Made by a program: the position numbers and the translations under genes
In this document: positions 19,615 through 27,968 of the stretch, piece after piece
How the letters are laid out: each line of letters begins with the position of its first letter
Numbering within the stretch: position 1 is the first letter of the stretch
Notes under the pieces: generated by a model
What the model was told of the DNA's origin: nothing
What the model saw: the letters and a program-made list of their open reading frames with translations, nothing else
Database searches by the model: none
Source: an uncultured Bdellovibrionales bacterium
Lineage (GTDB): Bacteria > Bdellovibrionota > Bdellovibrionia > Bdellovibrionales > UBA1609
DNA: 64,000 nt
NCBI GenBank assembly: GCA_938002015.1
Contig: CALLAU010000029.1
Span: forward strand, 6,169-70,168
Reading direction: 5' to 3'

Positions 19615-20574
19615 ATGTTTAAACCCTTTCTTATCTTTACAAATATAGTACTTACAAGCCTTATATATGCTCACGCAACTCCGTATCTATGTAAGAACGT
19701 ACTCTTAGACACTAAAGAAGCCATAAATATTAGCTCTATTAGACTTAAATTCTATCTAGACCCATTTGAGACCAATCAGCTTTGGGATATTTCTGAAAAA
19801 TCTCTTAAAGCTCCTCATCCTGACTTAAGCTGGCAGGAGAACGCTTTTCTAGTTTACCAAAGAGCTAGAGTAAAAAACCTTAACCTTACCGCTGAAGAAG
19901 AGAGTTATATTAATGAGCTTAAGCCTGAAGAAGGACCTTTTAAGGCACTTCATAACAAAATTAGTCTTCCTGGAGATTTATCTCATTCTATTCTAGCATG
20001 GCTCCTTGCCGTACACGAGCTTGAACATAGAGTTCAAATTATTGAACTTTTAAGTACAGGGCTTGATGAAAACTACGTTAACTTAATCATGCTACTAAAA
20101 ACTTATACAAATGAAGCTGATGCAATGAGAGCTGAGTATGAATTTGCAAAGGCTTTAGCTCCAAAAGCTCAAAGAAAGCTGCTTCAGCAATTAGAGCAGC
20201 TTAAGAGTCTTGTAAACGACAATGATGATATAAAACAGAAAATACCTCTTATTCCGAGGATATATGACCTTAGTGTAAGTGACTACATAGCTGAGAATCA
20301 CAGACATGGGATATACTCCTCACTCGCCTCTAAAAGCCATATCAAAGACTCAATCACACAAAGTATTAGCTTCACCCAAAATACTTACACCGAACAAGAA
20401 CAAGCTATAGCAAAAAGCTTTGAAGGTGAGTTTAGAATACCAAAAAGTCCGATTGATTACGCATTTGATTTTTTTACTTCAACACTTAATAGTATGTCCC
20501 CTCTTCCTCTAAAAATAGAGAAACTCAGTGAAGACAGTAGAGCTACATTAATACGAGTTAGTGTTATTAAATAA
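19615..20574 (+). CDS. secreted hypothetical protein with HExxH motif (possible zinc metallopeptidase)
   Basis: Signal peptide ..IYAHA|T. LLAVHELEHRVQ with Glu residues 11, 19 and 34 aa downstream. No family recognised. Confidence 0.45.
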   Translation: MFKPFLIFTNIVLTSLIYAHATPYLCKNVLLDTKEAINISSIRLKFYLDPFETNQLWDISEKSLKAPHPDLSWQENAFLVYQRARVKNLNLTAEEESYINELKPEEGPFKALHNKISLPGDLSHSILAWLLAVHELEHRVQIIELLSTGLDENYVNLIMLLKTYTNEADAMRAEYEFAKALAPKAQRKLLQQLEQLKSLVNDNDDIKQKIPLIPRIYDLSVSDYIAENHRHGIYSSLASKSHIKDSITQSISFTQNTYTEQEQAIAKSFEGEFRIPKSPIDYAFDFFTSTLNSMSPLPLKIEKLSEDSRATLIRVSVIK

Positions 20575-20583
20575 TAAAAAATA

Positions 20584-22149
20584 TTATGTACCACAAAAAG
20601 TGTTTTTAATTCGCTGCTCTATCTTTGGAGCACTACTAAACTTTAAATGATCCTCATCGTCTGATAAGTCAATATATGGTGACTTTAAAATTTCAGTAAA
20701 TTTATGAAACAAGCTAAAATCATTTTCATAAGCCTTCTTAATAACTTCTTCAATCATGTGATTTCTAGGTATATAAACAGGGTTTACTCGATCTGATATT
20801 TCTTTAAGAACAGTTCTAGATTCTACACCTTCAATCTTTAACTGTTCTTTCCATAAAGTTTTAAATGTGTTTAAATTTTCATTTTCTTTATATAGCTTTA
20901 AGTCATCATTTTCTTCTTCAAATAGATCTGGAAGATTTCTAAAAGCGTTTGTAAAATCTATTTTATATTTATCTAAGTACTTTATCCATAGATTAAGAAT
21001 TTTTCTTTTCTCTAATCGCTCATCTTCACTTTTTATACTATTACTTTCTTTAAAACCTAGTTTTTTAAACATGAGCTTTTCAAAGTAAGTTTCATATAAG
21101 TCTAAAAACCCTTCTAAAATTTTTGTATAATTCTGAGCTTTTGTATTTCTTTCTTCATCATCACTATAAATTTCTAGTAAACTCTCCGCTAGCCTTGCAA
21201 GATTCCATCTTAAAACTACAGGCTGATTTTTATAAGAATACCTCCCACCTTGATCTATAAAACTAAACACTTTATTTAAATCAGTTTCATCTAAGAAAGC
21301 ACACGGGCCATAATCAATTGTTAAGCCAAGGGCTGAGGTGTTATCTGTATTCATCACTCCATGAACAAAACCTAGGCTCATCCATTTAGCTACAAGCTTT
21401 GCTTGCTTATCTACAAGGTTTTTAAAGAATTCAAAAGGCAAATCATCTGATTTAAGATCAATATCTGGATAAGACCTCTTAACTAAATAAAAGAGCAGAG
21501 TTTTAAGTCCTTCTTTATCACCTCTAGATGCAAAGTACTCAAAATGACCTACTCGAATTAGACTCTCAGAAACTCTAGTTAAAATTCCTCCTGCTAGTTC
21601 CCCTTCACTTCTATATACAGTCTCTCCTGTCGTCACAGCACAAAGGCTTCTCGTTGTAGAAACTCCTAAGGCATACATAGCTTCACTTACAATATACTCT
21701 CTTAACACAGGCCCTAGAGGAGACCTTCCATCACCAGATCTAGAAAACTCTGTTCTTCCTGAACCTTTAAGCTGAACATCGTAGAGTTTTCCATCAAGGC
21801 CTTTGAGCTCACCTAAAAGATGTGCTCTACCATCTCCAAGAACAGGTGAAAAATGACCAAACTGATGTCCAGAGTAAGCTGTAGCTAAAGGAATTGAAGA
21901 CTTATGAACCTTAAACCCCGAAAACAGCTGCTCTATTTCCTTTAAATCAATTTGGTCTTTTGCTGAAAAAGAAATTTTTAAATCAAGAGCTAAATCCTCA
22001 TTCCATTTAATAATTTTTGGAGCGCTTGTGCTAGATGGATTGATTTTTTGAAAAAATCTAGATGGCAACTTAGAGTACGTGTTTATAAATTCAATTTTAT
22101 GTACAGCCACTTTATTTAATTTTTGCAATACACTTAAACTCAACAGCAA
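20584..22149 (-). CDS. selO: protein adenylyltransferase SelO (YdiU/UPF0061)
   Basis: ATAYSGHQFGHFSPVLGDGRAHLLGE..., LKGSGRTEFSR.GDGR, GVMNTDN are hallmark SelO pseudokinase-fold motifs. The ORF overlaps the upstream RidA gene by 38 nt. Confidence 0.85.
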   Translation of the reverse strand: MLLSLSVLQKLNKVAVHKIEFINTYSKLPSRFFQKINPSSTSAPKIIKWNEDLALDLKISFSAKDQIDLKEIEQLFSGFKVHKSSIPLATAYSGHQFGHFSPVLGDGRAHLLGELKGLDGKLYDVQLKGSGRTEFSRSGDGRSPLGPVLREYIVSEAMYALGVSTTRSLCAVTTGETVYRSEGELAGGILTRVSESLIRVGHFEYFASRGDKEGLKTLLFYLVKRSYPDIDLKSDDLPFEFFKNLVDKQAKLVAKWMSLGFVHGVMNTDNTSALGLTIDYGPCAFLDETDLNKVFSFIDQGGRYSYKNQPVVLRWNLARLAESLLEIYSDDEERNTKAQNYTKILEGFLDLYETYFEKLMFKKLGFKESNSIKSEDERLEKRKILNLWIKYLDKYKIDFTNAFRNLPDLFEEENDDLKLYKENENLNTFKTLWKEQLKIEGVESRTVLKEISDRVNPVYIPRNHMIEEVIKKAYENDFSLFHKFTEILKSPYIDLSDDEDHLKFSSAPKIEQRIKNTFCGT

Positions 22150-22534
22150 TTGGCGTTGGAAGAGAACCCACTTCTACAGTTGTTCTACATGGTCCTGACT
22201 CAACTGAGAAATATTCAGCATAAACTTTATTAAAGTCTTTAAAATCGTTTTTCATGTTGGTTAAAAAAACTTGCGTGTCTATTAAGTCTTCTAAACCTAA
22301 ACCTGAGGCTTCAAGTACAAGTCGTACATTCTCTATTACGGCGTGTGTTTGAACTTTAATATCATAACTTAAAATATTTCTATCTTCATCAAGCTTAACA
22401 CCAGGAATTTCTTTTGAGTTCTTTTTCCTTGGCCCAACACCAGATAAGAATAAAAAATCTCCAACACGTCTAGCGTGTGGATAGGCGCCAACAGGCTCAG
22501 GGGCTTTTTCACTATTTACAGTATTATCACTCAT
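22112..22534 (-). CDS. RidA/YjgF/TdcF-family deaminase (AmnD-like candidate)
   Basis: 140 aa. GAYPHARRVGDFLFLSG and C-terminal CRTTVEVGSLP..IAVEF.CIA follow the RidA fold signature. Confidence 0.75.
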   Translation of the reverse strand: MSDNTVNSEKAPEPVGAYPHARRVGDFLFLSGVGPRKKNSKEIPGVKLDEDRNILSYDIKVQTHAVIENVRLVLEASGLGLEDLIDTQVFLTNMKNDFKDFNKVYAEYFSVESGPCRTTVEVGSLPTPIAVEFKCIAKIK

Positions 22535-22558
22535 TATAAACTTTATCCTTTTATACTT

Positions 22559-23668
22559 TTAAGACCAACCACCAAGTGTGCCTTGGTGTGATTTCCAGTC
22601 AAAATACCATCTATCATGATCTGGGTCCCATTCATCCCATGTCGGGATCTCTTCTAACTTATTTTTATAGTTTTCAGGTACAAGCTCTTCAGCAATAAAA
22701 GCTTTTTGTCTTTTTAAAGGATATGGGTTTCTAAGTTCAAAACCTAAAACTCCAAGTACTGAACGCGCTACATACCAAGTAGCTTGAGGGTTCCAACCAT
22801 GCGCTATTTTTATAACAACACCTAAGCCTTCTGGATAATCTGGATGCTCTATAGCTAAACCTAAAAGTCCATCAGCCCCTTCTTTTGCAATCACTTTTCT
22901 ATTACAAGATTTAATAACTGTTGTATCAAGCCTATTAAACCCCCCAATAAGATCAGGGTTATCTAAAAAAGCATCCCATATCCAGTCTTCATCTTTATTT
23001 TTAACTAACCCAGCATAACACTGAGCAAGTTCTTTAACCGTCATTGCAACTGTTGGAAGTCCATCCCCGTCTCTTGCAATATGACTTGCTTCATAGTCAC
23101 TCCCTAAATATCTTTTTACAACATCAAGGTAGCCTTTAAAAATAAGGTGTGAGGGTAGAGTATACCCTGCTCTATTCCAGCCTTTAAGTTTTGCACCCTT
23201 TAATATAGCAGCATGATGACCAGATGAATTATTATACCACCTTCTTGGGCGTCTTACTTGTCTACCAAATTGAACAAGAGGAAGGTCAAGTGGAGTTTGC
23301 ATTAAGCCCCACTCCCCTTCACTTAAAAGAGACTGAGAGGCCGCAACATGAGCTGCAGTTCCATTGTGACTAGCTAAGGCTATAGATTTTTGCTCAGGTG
23401 TCGTTGTTTCTTTTAACTCATCAGCAAAAACTTTAATATAAAATGGCTTCATCATACTTCTACCATAGCAAAGCACATTCCCACCAAAAGAATGAATCAA
23501 TTTATCTCCAGAGTACCAAGCAATAGCTCCATGAACCGTATTTTCACTTACGTTATTTCTTCTAAAATCAACTAATGGCACCCATTCAACATCACGTCCA
23601 GAAGGAAGGCTTTTAACTTTTTCACCAAGTGGGCTTTTTGGATAAACTTCAGACTCAGTTTTTTTCAC
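22559..23668 (-). CDS. asparaginase-II (PF06089)-like Ser-Lys amidohydrolase
   Basis: GRSMMKPFY (SxxK) and KEGADGLLGLAI resemble the RS..KP and K.GAEG motifs of Rhizobium-type asparaginase II. From memory only. Confidence 0.5.
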   Translation of the reverse strand: MKKTESEVYPKSPLGEKVKSLPSGRDVEWVPLVDFRRNNVSENTVHGAIAWYSGDKLIHSFGGNVLCYGRSMMKPFYIKVFADELKETTTPEQKSIALASHNGTAAHVAASQSLLSEGEWGLMQTPLDLPLVQFGRQVRRPRRWYNNSSGHHAAILKGAKLKGWNRAGYTLPSHLIFKGYLDVVKRYLGSDYEASHIARDGDGLPTVAMTVKELAQCYAGLVKNKDEDWIWDAFLDNPDLIGGFNRLDTTVIKSCNRKVIAKEGADGLLGLAIEHPDYPEGLGVVIKIAHGWNPQATWYVARSVLGVLGFELRNPYPLKRQKAFIAEELVPENYKNKLEEIPTWDEWDPDHDRWYFDWKSHQGTLGGWS

Positions 23669-24656
23669 TTAAAACCTCATCACCATCTTTGCTGCTATCA
23701 TCAGAACTTAAAACATTTCTGTTACCCTTATAAACTTCAGCATTTTCTTCATCAAACTCTAAATCACCAGTAGATTTATCAGTTGGCGTAAGCCCTACAA
23801 CAGCTGCTCCAGTTCCGTGAACAGGTTTATAACAAAAAACTTCGCCTTTAAAATTATTAGTTGAACCCATTACAGTTGAAAACCACCAAAAAGGCTTGAA
23901 CGCTACAACCTTTTTACTCACTCTAGCTTCTCTATGAAACTGACGAGAAAGCTGAGCTACATCCTCTAATCTTCCTTGAGATAAAAACTCTAAATATTTT
24001 TGATTCCACTCTTCATCTTTAAGCGAATGGATCCTTTCAGGTTTTGAGTAATCTATTTCTTCATCAAGGTATCTGTTTGATAAAGAAGAAATCACTACAG
24101 CAACAGCTGTTTTTCCTTCTTTTTTAAGCGCTTCAACAGCTGCTTTACCTAGAACAACTGTTTCCGCTCTATCAGAATAAACATTACTTGAAACAATTGA
24201 AGCTTTAAATTTATTATCTGGGTTAAGTAGTTTTAAAGCCACAACAGAGCCTGTATCAATTGGAAAGCCTTTATAAGCAGTAGTTCTTGCCTTTAAGCCT
24301 CTTTCTCTTGCGCACTCAACATAGGTGTTAGCAAAGTCCACATCCATTTTTAATTTATAAGGAATAGATCCTAACTCATGCCATTCTTCATCAACTAAAG
24401 TCCACTCAGGCTCTTTCATAGCTTGGACTTGATGACCTAAAATACTAAACCAGTATGAAGAGTATATTAAAATCACATCTGGATTTATTTCTTCAATTTC
24501 ATCACGAACTTTTTTAAAAGCCTTATTAAGCTCAGTCCATTCAGGTTTTTTCTCAGGGCAAAGAAGTAAGTGTGGTAAACCAGGAACTAAAAATCCTTTT
24601 TTTATGGGAGAGTCAGTTTTAATTTCTTTTTTTATTTCTTTCTTACTAGTCTCCAT
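23655..24656 (-). CDS. LigB-fold extradiol dioxygenase subunit, AmnA (alpha, non-catalytic)-like, with Ser/Asp-rich C-terminal tail
   Basis: FLVPGLPHLL, PDVILIYSSYW, KGFPIDTGS, EARV, GTGAAVVGL parallel AmnA as I recall it. 4-nt gap from the beta-subunit gene. Confidence 0.65.
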   Translation of the reverse strand: METSKKEIKKEIKTDSPIKKGFLVPGLPHLLLCPEKKPEWTELNKAFKKVRDEIEEINPDVILIYSSYWFSILGHQVQAMKEPEWTLVDEEWHELGSIPYKLKMDVDFANTYVECARERGLKARTTAYKGFPIDTGSVVALKLLNPDNKFKASIVSSNVYSDRAETVVLGKAAVEALKKEGKTAVAVVISSLSNRYLDEEIDYSKPERIHSLKDEEWNQKYLEFLSQGRLEDVAQLSRQFHREARVSKKVVAFKPFWWFSTVMGSTNNFKGEVFCYKPVHGTGAAVVGLTPTDKSTGDLEFDEENAEVYKGNRNVLSSDDSSKDGDEVLSEKN

Positions 24657-24660
24657 AAAT

Positions 24661-25533
24661 TTAAGACCTCCACTCTACAACGGCGTTACCTGTTCCAATA
24701 ACTGTTCCATACCCATGAACAGTGGCAGGACTTGTTGGCATACCCATGGCTTCCATCATCCATGAAAGACCACCGGCATCTGTTTCAGCATTTGTTTGCT
24801 CCGTAAAATCAGGTAAGAAATCAATTAATGCTCTTGAATCCCCTGCTTTCATAAGGTCAATCATTTTCATATCCCAAATATACTGGCCGTGGTGTTCAAT
24901 ATGTTCTTTTGACATATCTTCAGGAAGCTCACTTTCTGTTGTAAAATGCCTATGTGAAAGTGAGTGACTTGCAAGAAGCACAACTTTTTTATCACTCTCT
25001 TCAATCGCTTTTTTTGTCGCTCTACCTAATTGTTTCATTTCTTCTTGTAAGACATCCATTGAAAAATACTTTGAAGCACCATTTGAAGAGATTCCAACAA
25101 TTTTTTTATCCCACAAAGGGTTTGTCATATGACATGAAACAATAGTTCCATAGTCCACTCTAAAATCTGGGTTTTTCATCATCTTTGTAAGCATTCCTTC
25201 ATGAGCTGCATTCTTACAAATACTCTCAGCTAACGGCACATCCACTTTTAGATCATAATGATATCTAAAAAGATTAGGAAAAATAGGATCTACTGATAAA
25301 GATTTAAACTCCTCTACTCCTAAAAAATGAGTCCCAATCTGTGTTCTCCAGTGCGGTGAATGAACAATTAAAGTATCATAATCAAGTTCACTTAAACTTT
25401 TTCTTAGTCTTTCATACGCCCAGCGAAGATTTTCCCAACCACACTCAGATTTTGGCTCATTCTGCTCAGGGTTTTCTCCATACACTAAGTGAGGAGGATG
25501 AGGCGCTAAAACACCTGCTACAATTTGTCCCAT
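24661..25533 (-). CDS. class III (LigB-type) extradiol dioxygenase, 2-aminophenol 1,6-dioxygenase beta subunit (AmnB)-like
   Basis: MGQIVAGVLAPHPPHLVYGENPEQNEP, HSPHW, DPIFPNLFRY, KMMKNPDFRVDYGT, LSHRHF, PEDMSKE, GYGTVIGTGNAVVEW track Pseudomonas AmnB almost motif for motif (from memory; needs BLAST). Confidence 0.75.
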   Translation of the reverse strand: MGQIVAGVLAPHPPHLVYGENPEQNEPKSECGWENLRWAYERLRKSLSELDYDTLIVHSPHWRTQIGTHFLGVEEFKSLSVDPIFPNLFRYHYDLKVDVPLAESICKNAAHEGMLTKMMKNPDFRVDYGTIVSCHMTNPLWDKKIVGISSNGASKYFSMDVLQEEMKQLGRATKKAIEESDKKVVLLASHSLSHRHFTTESELPEDMSKEHIEHHGQYIWDMKMIDLMKAGDSRALIDFLPDFTEQTNAETDAGGLSWMMEAMGMPTSPATVHGYGTVIGTGNAVVEWRS

Positions 25534-25859
25534 ATAGACCTCTTACTTTATACTGCTAATGCTTAATAAAAACCAAAAACTACGCTTTTTCCTTTTGATT
25601 TACAAATATCGAGTACCAAAAAGTAACTAATAAAACTTAAAAAAATTCGCTTTCCTATAAAACTTAAAAAAGCTATATAAAGTATTAAAAATACTCTTGT
25701 TTCCATTTGGAAATGACCCTCAAGCTCCCTATTTATAGGCATAATGTTTGTAATTTTTTTCAGTTTCTTGTTTATTTTTCACTCAAATAAAGAGTCTATG
25801 CATTAGGCAGTTTTGTGCAGTAGTTTTTCTGTTCAAACAAAACCATAAGGAGAATAATA

Positions 25860-26267
25860 ATGTCTAAAATTTTAACGACTCTAGCGCTTAGCCTAGTTTT
25901 AAATACAACAGCTCACGCACTTACAGACTCTGAGTTATCTCAGTGTAAACCACCAAATGTAGTTGCTGAGATTTCTGCTGAAAGCCAAGAACTAGCTCAA
26001 GGCCTGCAAATTTTAAATTCTTGGATGCAAAGCAGCCCTAAAACTGTAGAAGCAGCACCAGTTGCTCAAGAGGTTGTAAAGTCTTTTCTTGCAAGTGCTA
26101 CAAGTTGTGATGAGGCTTCTAGTTACTATTTAGCTTATTACAGAAATTTAGCTGAAACCGCATACAATGCTGCTGTTAAAATCACATCTGAAGAAATTAC
26201 TACTGAAGAGGCTGATGTATTAATGGTTAGAGCTTTCTCGTATAATCCAGCAGACATAGTGAACTAA
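25860..26267 (+). CDS. small secreted hypothetical protein
   Basis: SD aaggaga. Signal peptide ..TTAHA|L. 135 aa, followed by a terminator. Confidence 0.6.
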   Translation: MSKILTTLALSLVLNTTAHALTDSELSQCKPPNVVAEISAESQELAQGLQILNSWMQSSPKTVEAAPVAQEVVKSFLASATSCDEASSYYLAYYRNLAETAYNAAVKITSEEITTEEADVLMVRAFSYNPADIVN

Positions 26268-26297
26268 TAAATAATACTCTATTAGTTTAAACTTAAT

Positions 26298-26333
26298 AAA
26301 ATCACGTTTTTTTTAAAGACGTGATTTTTTTTT
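26298..26333. terminator. rho-independent terminator between convergent genes
   Basis: 10-bp stem AAAATCACGT/ACGTGATTTT (26298-26307 / 26319-26328), then a T run to 26333. Confidence 0.8.
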
Positions 26334-26367
26334 ACGAAAATATTAAATTTTGAAACTATACACATGG

Positions 26368-27270
26368 CTAGTCTAAATAATTAGGTGGAACAACTAACAA
26401 ACCACTTCTATACTTTTCAGATCTTGTCCATCTAGGGCCACCACCGTTAGCTAGTGGATTAAACGGGCTATACTCTAAGTTATCAGCCGAAAAAAGACTT
26501 CGTGTACTGTGAGCTTCAATAGCATTACCATAAGATACTAAAAAGACATGATAACCACCATTTGCTGTTCCTACTCCAAAAGGCATTGAGCTTAAGAACC
26601 TTGGAGGGTTTGTTCCAAAATTTACTAAGCTTCTTGCATCATCAACTTTATTAAAAAGATACGTCCCGCTTCTTATTACAGTATTATATCTAGCTTCATT
26701 ATAACCCCATACATTTAGTGGGTTTCCTGGAGCTATTGCTCTATCATCTCTATCCCAGTCAGCATTTTTTGATGGGTTTGGATTCCAGTAAAGCATTTTC
26801 CAGCCTAAGGCTTGAAGAGCATGCTGAAGTCTATTTCCTATTTTATCTGGAATATAAGAATCAATTTTTTTCCACTGATGATTTAAACCTACAGCTTCAA
26901 AACCTTGCTTTAAACAACGCCTTGAAAAATCAACACAACTCATATTCTCCATTTGATCTTCTAAGTTTGTATCAACACCGTTGTCTCTTAAAATAGGTTT
27001 AATGGGAGTAAGCCTTCTTCCGTTAGCCACCCTAACTTTCCACCCTTTAGTGTACTTCCTATTTCCATAAAACTTAGTAACACCATATTGATTTAAAAAA
27101 GATAGATGACTTTGATAAGTGTCTTCTAAGCACTTTGAAGCTTCAATTGTTAACTCTACTATTTTAGATTGATGAAGAGCCTTCTCTTCTTTAGAAAACT
27201 CGATTCCAGTATAAACAGCTGCATTTGAGTTAAACGAAGTAAACACTAATAACATAAATGAATATAACAT
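26368..27270 (-). CDS. secreted hypothetical protein
   Basis: 300-aa ORF with signal peptide ..FNSNA|A. No family recognised. Confidence 0.55.
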   Translation of the reverse strand: MLYSFMLLVFTSFNSNAAVYTGIEFSKEEKALHQSKIVELTIEASKCLEDTYQSHLSFLNQYGVTKFYGNRKYTKGWKVRVANGRRLTPIKPILRDNGVDTNLEDQMENMSCVDFSRRCLKQGFEAVGLNHQWKKIDSYIPDKIGNRLQHALQALGWKMLYWNPNPSKNADWDRDDRAIAPGNPLNVWGYNEARYNTVIRSGTYLFNKVDDARSLVNFGTNPPRFLSSMPFGVGTANGGYHVFLVSYGNAIEAHSTRSLFSADNLEYSPFNPLANGGGPRWTRSEKYRSGLLVVPPNYLD

Positions 27271-27351
27271 AAATCCCCCTAAGATTTAGTTTTCATTATG
27301 TAGTGTATTACTTAAAGCTAAGCAAACCCTTTAGCCTTTTAAAGAAGCAGA

Positions 27352-27894
27352 CTATGCTTCTTTTTTAGCTTCTACTACTTTTTTAAGGTTATTAAGACCC
27401 TTATTAAAGTCTTTTTGAATCATAGATTTTACACCAAAAGCAAAATAAAAGAATTTATCCACTAAGCCTTTATTACTAGATTCCATAAGCCAAGTTAATT
27501 CTGTTTTACTTTCTTCAACAGATTTAACTCTAAAAAAGGCATAAGCTTCACCTGTAAAAGGTTTATAAAACTCTAACTTCATCTTAACAAACTCATTCTC
27601 AACTACATCAGTAATTGTCTGCTTGCCATCACCTTCAGATTTACTTTTCCAGATAACACTTGCTCCCCTTCCTACTGAAGGGTCACTGTATTCTAACTCC
27701 ATCTCAGGGTCTCTTTCAAACCAAGGGCTCCACTGCCTCCAGGCTTTTAAATCCTGAATATGCGTGATCACGACAGCATTAGTCTGATTAAGCGTGATTG
27801 TTTCTTTAACACTGTATTCACTTGGCTGCATCATACTTATAATAATAAGGGCTAACACAAAACAAAAACCTATAATTGCAATTTTCTTTTTCAT
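27352..27894 (-). CDS. SRPBCC (START/Bet v1-like) superfamily protein with N-terminal membrane anchor
   Basis: Size, hydrophobic N-terminus and W.QWSPW, W.S...G.G motifs resemble polyketide-cyclase/SRPBCC proteins. AGGAG abuts the first ATG (27903), so the ATG at 27894 (9-nt spacing) is preferred. Confidence 0.55.
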   Translation of the reverse strand: MKKKIAIIGFCFVLALIIISMMQPSEYSVKETITLNQTNAVVITHIQDLKAWRQWSPWFERDPEMELEYSDPSVGRGASVIWKSKSEGDGKQTITDVVENEFVKMKLEFYKPFTGEAYAFFRVKSVEESKTELTWLMESSNKGLVDKFFYFAFGVKSMIQKDFNKGLNNLKKVVEAKKEA

Positions 27895-27908
27895 AATTCT
27901 CATCTCCT

Positions 27909-27942
27909 AAAAAAAAAGCTCTCTAAACTAATTAAGAGAGCT
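27909..27942 (-). terminator. rho-independent terminator after the alpha-2-macroglobulin gene
   Basis: On the minus strand: 8-bp stem AGCTCTCT/AGAGAGCT (27935-27942 / 27917-27924), 10-nt loop, then 9 T (complement of A-run 27909-27917). Confidence 0.75.
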
Positions 27943-27968
27943 CTTTTAAAATTTTAAACTGCTTTTAA

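Noticed and set aside
25700-25713. Palindrome TTTCCA-TT-TGGAAA in the promoter region of the amn-like operon as a regulator site.
   Set aside because: It is a single short (6+6) palindrome in AT-rich DNA with no second copy in the window and no adjacent regulator gene, so it is within chance expectation.
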